Source: Nitrososphaerota archaeon
GTDB lineage: Archaea > Thermoproteota > Nitrososphaeria > Nitrososphaerales > UBA57
Assembly: GCA_013378385.1 (NCBI GenBank)
Contig: JACAFS010000049.1
Span: 1 to 6,979, forward strand
Length of the DNA stretch: 6,979 nucleotides
Direction: 5' to 3'
Position numbers and translations under genes: made by a program. The notes under the pieces were generated by a model. That model ran no database searches. It saw only the letters and a program-made list of their open reading frames with translations, and was not told where the DNA came from. Below are positions 1 to 6,597 of the stretch, piece by piece (position 1 is the first letter of the stretch; the number at the start of each line of letters is the position of its first letter).

Positions 1-2124
1 AACATTATTACTTATTTCTGAGTTATTGATTTCAATCGATTCAAATCCATCTTGAATATACATTGCTGAATATGAACCGCAATTATTGCCTGAACAATAT
101 TTTATATCTTTTATAGTTACGTTTTCTAGCAAGAGCTTTGAACCATTCAATATAGTATTTGGTTTTTTGTGATAAATTCCTGCACCACCACCACTTTGGA
201 ACGAAGTAGTTGTATTTGAAATAGTTGTATTGATAATGGATACTTTTGCATTCTCTTGAATATCTCCATTTATATAAACCCCAGTACTAAGATTACCCTG
301 TAGAACACAATCAGATATAACTATATTTGTAGGGTTATCCACATAAATATTTTGTCCTACTAATTTGGAATTCAATATTTTTGCATTTCTTTTGGCAACT
401 ATCCTCCCAATTGTTAATCCAATAACACTACTTTGAATTCCAATAGTTGTATATCCATTTATAATTGTTTTACTGATAGAACTCGTATCGCCAGTTATTA
501 AAAAATTACTCGCATATGCTACTCGTTCCATTTCCTGATTGTTTTCATACGAATAAGTGCCCTCAGCAATTACAATCAAGAGATTAGTATTTTCGTTATA
601 GTAATTATCTGCTTTGGCAATTGTTTTAAATGGTTTATCCGCACTCCCATCTCCTGTAAGATCACTTCCAAATGCTGAAACATACTTTTTAATTCCACTA
701 AACATAGATATTACTTTGGTATCACTATATTCAGAACAATAGTTTTCGCTACAAGCCTTTAATCTGTATTTGTAGTCTCCAAATTCTGTGACTGTATTAT
801 CTGTATAGGAATAACTGGCAACAGGAGTAAGATCTGCAATTGCATTGAACGTACTGGAAGTTCCTATAGCTTTTTCAACAATATATTTTTTCTCAAAAGA
901 ATTATTATCTGTCCATGATAGTTGAGCTGATTGGTCAACTTTATTTACATTGAATACAGTTGGTTTTTGGAGAACAATTTCTAATGTAGCCCAACTTTGA
1001 TCCGACTCATTTATATCCGAAAATGCATGTATTGTATACTCATATTGATTACCATATGAGACTCCATTATCGATAAATGAGTTGGAGGAATTATCAAGGG
1101 TATCTACTTTTTCTTGTGTTCCGCCATAATCTTTTCTTTTGACTACAAAACCTTTTTGATAACTCGTTTGACTTTGCCATTGCAAGGTAATCTGATCTTC
1201 TTTCGTGATTTTTGTCGAAGTAAATAGAGGTTTGAGGAAAACAAGGGTGGTCGATTGGACGATTGATGAAGCAGAGACGGCTTCATCTACTGCAATTCTT
1301 ACCCTGTATGAATATTTACCTAACTTTAATCCCTTATCGATATATTTCAGTGTTTTTTCATCAACTGTGTCAATGAAAGTGAAGTCTCCAGAATCAATAC
1401 TTCTTTCAATAAGATATTTGATTTCTAGTGTGCTTTCATTAACTGCTTCCGTTTTTACCTTTTGTGTTTTTTCAGCATTTTTACTCTCTTTTAATATTGG
1501 GATTAGATGATCTATCTCAATCTTTTCCTCTTCAATTACACTGGCTTTATTATCACCTGATTTTGTGCTCGAATCTATCCTGCTACTTGTGGACCAAATA
1601 TGTTCCCATTTCAGTTCTATGCTTTGATCATCAATTCTTGTTAAAGCCCAAAGGTTTGGAGGAGGCAATACAGTTTCTATGCTTTTTGTGTCTGAGATAG
1701 GTGTAATGACATCATTATAAATTCCTTTTACAGCATAATTATATGCAGCAGTCTCCATTGATACACTTGTATCAATTACTACGTACAACTTACTAGTCAC
1801 ACCACCAGTGGTAGATAATACTGTTGCAAAAGAAACAGTATCTAAAACAGCAGAATCATCTAGAGTCTTTGGTCCAAACCCTTCATTCCTATAAATTATA
1901 AAACCAGTGTAATGAAGTTCCGCCAATGATGGTAGACTAATGGTTTGATCTAACATTGTAATTTCAATCTTAGAAAGATCATACAATTCTATATTCGTAA
2001 TAGTTGGTTTTTGTATATGTTTGGATTGAGCTGGATCAAGAGGATTATCATAATCTCTTTTATCTTCACAAGATAGAAAAATGAGAGCAATAAAAGAAAA
2101 ATAGAATAGAAGCTTATTTGCCAT
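1..2124 (-). CDS. Partial CDS (C-terminus lies beyond window start): predicted lipoprotein with ~4 FN3-like repeats followed by a right-handed parallel beta-helix (pectin-lyase-fold, DUF1565-like N-cap) domain
   Basis: This ORF is not in the supplied track. I translated the minus strand by hand from ATG at 2124..2122 down to base 1 and found 708 sense codons with no stop, exactly in frame with the window edge. The N-terminus MANKLLFYFSFIALIFLSC|EDK is a signal peptide with an L-S-C lipobox (Cys codon 2068..2070). Roughly aa 36-475 (DNA ~700..2019) contain four ~90-110 aa repeats with FN3-like signatures, for example 'IELKWE', 'ITLQWQ...KGFVVKRK...YEYTIHAF' and 'AQLSWTD...KKYIVEKA...YKYRLKA'. 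From aa ~478 (DNA 1..693), 'KKYVSAFGSDLTGDGSADKPFKTIAKA' matches the classic beta-helix N-cap motif. It is followed by short repeats rich in N/G/I/T, such as 'VISDCVLQGN', 'VYINGD', 'IINTTISN' and 'IEINNSEISNN'. The start lies 19 nt downstream of the preceding stop. Confidence 0.85.
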   Translation of the reverse strand, partial: MANKLLFYFSFIALIFLSCEDKRDYDNPLDPAQSKHIQKPTITNIELYDLSKIEITMLDQTISLPSLAELHYTGFIIYRNEGFGPKTLDDSAVLDTVSFATVLSTTGGVTSKLYVVIDTSVSMETAAYNYAVKGIYNDVITPISDTKSIETVLPPPNLWALTRIDDQSIELKWEHIWSTSSRIDSSTKSGDNKASVIEEEKIEIDHLIPILKESKNAEKTQKVKTEAVNESTLEIKYLIERSIDSGDFTFIDTVDEKTLKYIDKGLKLGKYSYRVRIAVDEAVSASSIVQSTTLVFLKPLFTSTKITKEDQITLQWQSQTSYQKGFVVKRKDYGGTQEKVDTLDNSSNSFIDNGVSYGNQYEYTIHAFSDINESDQSWATLEIVLQKPTVFNVNKVDQSAQLSWTDNNSFEKKYIVEKAIGTSSTFNAIADLTPVASYSYTDNTVTEFGDYKYRLKACSENYCSEYSDTKVISMFSGIKKYVSAFGSDLTGDGSADKPFKTIAKADNYYNENTNLLIVIAEGTYSYENNQEMERVAYASNFLITGDTSSISKTIINGYTTIGIQSSVIGLTIGRIVAKRNAKILNSKLVGQNIYVDNPTNIVISDCVLQGNLSTGVYINGDIQENAKVSIINTTISNTTTSFQSGGGAGIYHKKPNTILNGSKLLLENVTIKDIKYCSGNNCGSYSAMYIQDGFESIEINNSEISNNV

Positions 2125-2143
2125 TTGATCTTTAATTGACAAA

Positions 2144-4717
2144 CTAAAACATTTCCTTCACATCCGACTGTTTTACATAGCCTATCGCACCTTGTCCTAA
2201 TGCGACAGTATACCAGCCCTTTCTTGGGATAGATATATTATAAATGGCTGCACCTTTATTTATTCTTGTAAGAAATCCCGACCCAGATGTTGGCATATCA
2301 TATACTTTTATCATTCTCTTTGCTATTACAATCTTTTCAGGTTTTTTATTGATTTTGGTGATTCTTACATTGTTATTAACATATTTATTATTATTTTTAC
2401 TTACATATGCAATCAAACCTTTATGAACAATTATCCAATTATATTGACTTTCACCTAATAGCTGATACTTTATAAAAGGTTTAATATTTCCAACGGAAAC
2501 GCCAAAATTTGGTGAAATTACAGGAATAAGTTTCTTCCGTGTTTGTAAGGATCTCATAGTGATTGCTTTTAATCCTTGTCTGAGTAATTTTGACTTAGAT
2601 ACTTCATCTGCTTCTCGTTCATCGATAACTGCTTTATCATAATAAGCAGTAAATAATTTAAATAAATAAAATGCTGTTGCAGAAGTAGCTGCAACTGCAA
2701 ATGTTGTATATAGCTTCTGTTTTTTATATTCGTCCTGAGCTAATTCTTTATATTTCACAGCATTAGATTGAGTATTGGCATTATTATATAATTGAAAATA
2801 TTCATTACTTTGGTTAATAGCTCCTTGTCGGAAAAAGGCACTTGCAGCTGCAACACCTAAAGTTGTAAAAGTCATGTTTTTAGAAGAACTCAATCTTTGC
2901 TGGAGACTCCCTTTGTAGTCCAGCAATTCAAATTTTAACTCCGTTGACTGACCTTCCTTGACTTTTGAACCTTTATTGGCAGTTAAATAATCCTTATGCC
3001 TTATTTCAACATCGTAATTACCCATCGTTAGTGTTATTACTTTGGGTGCATTCCCTTTAAGCTCGCCATCAATGTAAATCTCAGCATTTTTGGCCTCATC
3101 GGGAGTCACAAACACTGCAATGGAGCCCAACCTCGGAATTGGTTTCAAATCGAGATTAGTATTATCTCCTGCACGCACCATAATCTCTTTTGCATTCGGG
3201 TAATGATTTGCTGCTTCAGATTTAAAAGTATAATTACCGGGTTTGAGTTTTAACTCAAATTTTCCAGTTCCTTTATTTTCATCATCGATAAAAAGAGTAC
3301 CTAAACCAGCATCGACATTGACAACACCAATGTTGGTTGTCATTGGTAGAGTTCTTGTTGTCAACCGTTCATCAGAGATAACAATTTCTTCTGAAATGCT
3401 ATTAAAGTATTCCTTTTTGACTTCTAATAAGTAGGTACCTGAGGCAATCATTAAATTTTCAAAGGGAGTTTTACCCTTCTTTATTCCATCAAGATATACA
3501 TCAGCATCCGTTGTATTCAAGGTAACAACTTGAAACATGCCATATGCTTTATCGAGCTGAATTGTTAATTGATCTGACTTCCCTTCCATTATCTCTATTA
3601 CTCTAGATGTAGAATGGTACAGATTTTTGGTGATATTTATTTCATGCTTACCATCTAATAGTTGATATTGTTTTATTGGTGAAGCACCTAATGGTTTATT
3701 ATCAATTGTTACGTTTGCTTCAGCTGGAACAGTATTGATGGTTACAAAACCAAAACGAGGCTTCAGGGTCTCATTAATTTCTTCGGATTCGCCAACCTCA
3801 AGATTAAACTGCAATGTAGAGGTATGATACATTGCAAGACTCAAATCCATAACATGATTACCAGCAATTAAGGTTCCTGTATATGGTGTTGATCCAATTC
3901 TCTGATTATTGATGAGTATCTCTGCTCCTTGAGGTTTTGTATTAATTGATATCATTCCGGGAGAACGGTATGGGATAATCTCAGAGTCATCTCTCACCAT
4001 TTGGATGGAGTATTGTGCATCCTGACTAACTCGAATCAATTTGGTGACGGTCTTATATTGATTTTTCTCAAATCTAAAAGTATACTCATCTGAAGCAAGT
4101 TTTAATATTGCTATATTTCCAATAGTTTGAAGTGGTGAAAATGAACCATGCGACACATAAGCATTTTCCACATTTATATTGAATTGCAATTGATATAACT
4201 TTTGTGCCTTAACAACGAATACTGGATCATATGTCCCACCTGACATATCTCTTGCTAAATTATTAATAACGGTTGCTAAGATTATTCGAACATCATCTAA
4301 AGAATTCAAACCTCTATCGATGACTACATTGGCGGGCATCTTATTCGTAGTCGTATGTATTACTTTGAAGGTGGCTGTGTATTCTCCAGTGCTACCGATT
4401 TTATTTATAGTGGGTATTAACATATATTCTGCCCCTACCATTTGGCCAACTTCTGCAGCACACTCTATACTTACGCAACTTTGTTGAAATTCTTGTTCTT
4501 TAAGAATATCATCTCGCTCTGCTACACTCACCAGTGAAAAATATTTCACTTTAAGAATTTCTTGCTCTAATCGATCACGGATATTTTCTTGGATTGCAGA
4601 GCTAATATTTTCACCGCCAACATCTGTAACCCCAATCACAATCTTTTCTGCCTGAGGCAATACGGTTGAAATAATCAGTAAAAATGATAGAATTCCTTTA
4701 ATTGAATTATACATCAT
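2144..4717 (-). CDS. Secreted multidomain envelope protein: signal peptide, short CsgG/FlgO/TolB-N-like alpha/beta domain, ~6 PEGA domains, hydrophobic helical hairpin, C-terminal SH3b-like domain(s)
   Basis: 857-aa ORF. The SPase-I type signal is MMYNSIKGILSFLLIISTVLPQA|E. Residues 25-158 (DNA 4244..4645) read 'KIVIGVTDVGGENIS...RDRLEQEI...VAERDDILKEQEFQQSCVSIECAAEVGQMVGAEYMLIPTINKIG..YTATFKVIHTTTNK'. This fits the pattern I-A-V-x-D...ER..L..I..EQ.FQ.S..C....CA.E.G...GA......G.I...G typical of CsgG/FlgO/TolB-N-like lipoprotein domains. Six ~70-aa repeats (DNA ~2918..4204) carry PEGA-type motifs: VENAYV, PQGAEILINNQRIGSTPY, PAEANVTIDNKPLGASPI, TDADVYLDGIKKGKTPF, LFIDDENKGTGKF and NAEIYIDGELKGNAPK. 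Each is followed by G-x-H/Y-x-(I/V/L)...Y. Residues 614-694 (DNA 2636..2878) contain two Ala/Ser/Thr/Phe-rich hydrophobic segments. The C-terminus 'KVYDMPTSGSGFLTRINKGAAIYNISIPRKGWYTVALGQGAIGYVKQSDV' is SH3_3-like (DNA ~2147..2485 including a weaker upstream copy). The start overlaps the upstream stop as ATGA. Confidence 0.9.
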   Translation of the reverse strand: MMYNSIKGILSFLLIISTVLPQAEKIVIGVTDVGGENISSAIQENIRDRLEQEILKVKYFSLVSVAERDDILKEQEFQQSCVSIECAAEVGQMVGAEYMLIPTINKIGSTGEYTATFKVIHTTTNKMPANVVIDRGLNSLDDVRIILATVINNLARDMSGGTYDPVFVVKAQKLYQLQFNINVENAYVSHGSFSPLQTIGNIAILKLASDEYTFRFEKNQYKTVTKLIRVSQDAQYSIQMVRDDSEIIPYRSPGMISINTKPQGAEILINNQRIGSTPYTGTLIAGNHVMDLSLAMYHTSTLQFNLEVGESEEINETLKPRFGFVTINTVPAEANVTIDNKPLGASPIKQYQLLDGKHEINITKNLYHSTSRVIEIMEGKSDQLTIQLDKAYGMFQVVTLNTTDADVYLDGIKKGKTPFENLMIASGTYLLEVKKEYFNSISEEIVISDERLTTRTLPMTTNIGVVNVDAGLGTLFIDDENKGTGKFELKLKPGNYTFKSEAANHYPNAKEIMVRAGDNTNLDLKPIPRLGSIAVFVTPDEAKNAEIYIDGELKGNAPKVITLTMGNYDVEIRHKDYLTANKGSKVKEGQSTELKFELLDYKGSLQQRLSSSKNMTFTTLGVAAASAFFRQGAINQSNEYFQLYNNANTQSNAVKYKELAQDEYKKQKLYTTFAVAATSATAFYLFKLFTAYYDKAVIDEREADEVSKSKLLRQGLKAITMRSLQTRKKLIPVISPNFGVSVGNIKPFIKYQLLGESQYNWIIVHKGLIAYVSKNNNKYVNNNVRITKINKKPEKIVIAKRMIKVYDMPTSGSGFLTRINKGAAIYNISIPRKGWYTVALGQGAIGYVKQSDVKEMF

Positions 4718-6015
4718 ATCTCATCAATCATTTTTTGTACTGTTTTAGAAAGATATTTTTCTGAAATAATTTTTATAGCTTCCTTACCCGCAAGTTCATA
4801 TGAATTGAAATGTGCACCCTTTATTTGGGTAATATTTGTCGACAAGATTTCAAGATTTGTATTATTATCAATAATACTTAGTGCTAAATCAGCAAAGGCA
4901 ACGAAAAAACCATACTCATTTTTCCCCTCAGTGGATTTTGACGTATTAATACTGAGCTTGATCGAATAATCTGTATCACCATCATCTTTAAACGTCATCC
5001 CCAGTTGGGTTGTAAGTAAATCTTTCAATGCTGGAGTGATCATTTCTTCTTCCAGCTTTTTACCAAAAATCTTTTCTTCTGAAATCAGCTTTGCTGTTGC
5101 AGTATTCATTTCTAACTGCAATGTTGAATGTATCGGGTTTTTTATGGCGAGTAATGATGCAGAAGAATCGATCAAGGAGAAAATATCAACTGTAAATGTC
5201 ACATACTGGTTTATAGACTTATCTTTAATCTTAGGCAGAGTATAAAAAGCTTTTCCTTCACCATCTGTAGAGATTTGCTGTAAATCATTATTTTTATTCA
5301 AAGTAACTGCTATAGGTATATTTTTTATTGGCTGTTTTGTAACTCTATCAAAACAAGTGACTTGAATAGGCCTATTATTTTGAAATACTTTAGTTTTTAT
5401 AGAATTAACACTTGGCTCAACAACTACTCTTTTTAAATACGATTCTAAGTTCTCTTTTATAGTCTGATTAAAGCCTATTTTGTCCCGATCAATAAATGGC
5501 TCAATTGTTTTCCATGCATTTCCTAAGCTTACAAATGAGTTAACATCAAATTGTTTTTGTGCACTTTTTAAATAGGATTGTGCCGTATTTAAAACCCCTG
5601 CCATTTCTCTATCTAATCGATCATAGTAGGTCTTTCTTTTAACCTTGCCTAAAAGGTTGAAAGTGTCCTCGTCTTCCCAATCATCATATTCTACATTCGG
5701 TAAGATTGTTTTCTCTACACGTGACTTGATAATGGACTGGCTAAAACGATCAATGTTCTCGTTGTTACCAGTTAGAACATTTATAAGAGATGATTGAACT
5801 TCGACAGAGATTTGAGAGGCTATTTCAATTTCAGCTCGTTGTCGAGCAGTTTTATAGTAATTTTCGGGAAGAGGTTTATAAAGCTGACTTTTCCCGTACC
5901 AATGAAGGTTATCTCTAGGAGTTTTCTCTACCCAACCGGGCTTAGATATACTTCCACTAAAGCAAGAAAAAGAAAAGGTTAAAAGAAATAACCACTTGAG
6001 TGGTTTTAGGTTCAA
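4714..6015 (-). CDS. Multidomain LPP20-like (FlgP-family fold) putative lipoprotein: N-terminal LPP20-like domain, helical linker, Ig-like beta domain, C-terminal alpha/beta domain
   Basis: 433-aa ORF. The start codon on the minus strand is TTG (6015..6013), and the hydrophobic signal begins immediately: MNLKPLKWLFLLTFSFSC|FSGS (non-canonical lipobox). Residues ~24-135 (DNA 5611..5946) read 'KPGWVEKTP...WYGKS...ARQRAEIEIASQISVEVQSSL...VEYDDWEDEDTFNLLGKVKRKTYYDRL', which fits the LPP20 pattern (PxW, aromatic-G, A...A...A.QI.V.V.S, W.D, Y). Residues ~198-300 look like a beta-sandwich ('IPIAVTLN...STDGEGKAFYTLP'). Residues ~305-433 resemble a second small alpha/beta lipoprotein domain ('DYSIKLSIN....FFVAFADLALSIIDNNTNLEILS...GAHFNSYELAGKEAIK'). 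The gene starts 3 nt after the upstream stop and overlaps the downstream start by 4 nt. Confidence 0.82.
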   Translation of the reverse strand: MNLKPLKWLFLLTFSFSCFSGSISKPGWVEKTPRDNLHWYGKSQLYKPLPENYYKTARQRAEIEIASQISVEVQSSLINVLTGNNENIDRFSQSIIKSRVEKTILPNVEYDDWEDEDTFNLLGKVKRKTYYDRLDREMAGVLNTAQSYLKSAQKQFDVNSFVSLGNAWKTIEPFIDRDKIGFNQTIKENLESYLKRVVVEPSVNSIKTKVFQNNRPIQVTCFDRVTKQPIKNIPIAVTLNKNNDLQQISTDGEGKAFYTLPKIKDKSINQYVTFTVDIFSLIDSSASLLAIKNPIHSTLQLEMNTATAKLISEEKIFGKKLEEEMITPALKDLLTTQLGMTFKDDGDTDYSIKLSINTSKSTEGKNEYGFFVAFADLALSIIDNNTNLEILSTNITQIKGAHFNSYELAGKEAIKIISEKYLSKTVQKMIDEI

Positions 6016-6018
6016 AAC

Positions 6019-6588
6019 TCAATCTTTAAGAAAACGACTTTTGGCCTCCAACGCCACATTTCTTGCATCTTCATCCATGGTGGAGAGAGATTGTTCCTCA
6101 GCTGTTTGCCAAGCCCGTTCTCTTGCTGCCTTAATTTCTTTGGTTTCAACGGAATACCACCCATACCAATCATAGGTATCCGTTGACTTGCCAACTGTTT
6201 CCCAGTACGATTCTTCCAGTGTTAAACTAGAAAACTTTGCTTGAGAAAGAGCATTTACTACTGTGGAACCAAATTTTCCTTTTGCACCACCAAGAGTGCC
6301 AACCAGTGAATTATCTAATTCAAGCCGAGCAGAAGTTTGGATTTTCTCTAAAATAGTTTGTATGGCACCAGCATTGGCTTGATTTCGCTTCATATAGTCA
6401 AGATCATTACCATTGAAAACCGCACTCTTAAAATAGAATTTTCCTCTTTTTGTAGCTGTTTCTTCTATAGTCCATTTGGGTTTAGAACCACTAGTTCGGG
6501 CCGGCTTTGAGCCTGCACAGTTATAGATAAAGAAACTTAGGATAATTATTGATAAAAACTTGATTGATCTATGCATTTGGGTCCTCAT
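6019..6588 (-). CDS. Small putative lipoprotein, LPP20-like; alternative and possibly better start at 6576
   Basis: 189-aa ORF. The signal and lipobox are (MRTQ)MHRSIKFLSIIILSFFIYNC|AGSK. The mature part reads 'KPKWT....GKFYFKS...NQANAGAIQTILEKIQTSARLELDN...LEESYWETVGKSTDTYDWYGWYSVETKEIKAA', which has the same motif order as the LPP20-like domain of the next gene (PxW, aromatic core, amphipathic A-rich helix, W/Y-rich strand, K..I). The second in-frame ATG (6576) is preceded by GAGGA (6586..6582) with a 5-nt spacer. The first ATG (6588) has no SD and sits only 9 nt after the candidate -10 box. Confidence 0.78.
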   Translation of the reverse strand: MRTQMHRSIKFLSIIILSFFIYNCAGSKPARTSGSKPKWTIEETATKRGKFYFKSAVFNGNDLDYMKRNQANAGAIQTILEKIQTSARLELDNSLVGTLGGAKGKFGSTVVNALSQAKFSSLTLEESYWETVGKSTDTYDWYGWYSVETKEIKAARERAWQTAEEQSLSTMDEDARNVALEAKSRFLKD

Positions 6589-6597
6589 TTTTTTGAG

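Noticed and set aside
1205-1700. Two plus-strand track ORFs (1205..1510, 101 aa; 1464..1700, 78 aa)
   Set aside because: They lie entirely antisense to the uninterrupted 708-codon minus-strand ORF, which has coherent signal-peptide, FN3 and beta-helix content. Their translations are low-complexity and rich in L/F/S/I, as expected for the antisense of AT-rich coding DNA. They have no RBS or promoter context.
2244-3434. Plus-strand track ORFs 2244..2426 (60 aa) and 3243..3434 (63 aa)
   Set aside because: These are shadow ORFs antisense to the 857-aa PEGA protein gene. The products are hydrophobic and low-complexity with no recognisable motifs.
2918-4204. PEGA array as a nucleotide-level tandem repeat or recent duplication
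   Set aside because: The six repeats share only protein-motif similarity. I see no extended nucleotide identity between units, so this is an ancient domain array and not a DNA repeat or slippage-prone region.
4244-4645. Calling the 857-aa protein a curli secretion channel (CsgG) or naming the genes flgO/flgP
   Set aside because: The homologous region is only ~135 aa, about half of mature CsgG, and is not lipidated. The window contains no csgA/B/E/F-like or flagellar genes. Only fold and family-level similarity is defensible from sequence alone, so no gene symbols are assigned.
5036-5982. Plus-strand track ORFs 5036..5245 (69 aa) and 5794..5982 (62 aa)
   Set aside because: These are shadow ORFs antisense to the 433-aa LPP20-like gene, with no independent support.
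6012-6194. Minus-strand 60-aa ORF overlapping the 3' end of the 189-aa gene in another frame
   Set aside because: It is fully nested out of frame in a better-supported CDS. Its R/K/P/W/M-rich composition is atypical for this AT-rich, N/K/I-rich proteome, and it would also run across the start of the next gene.
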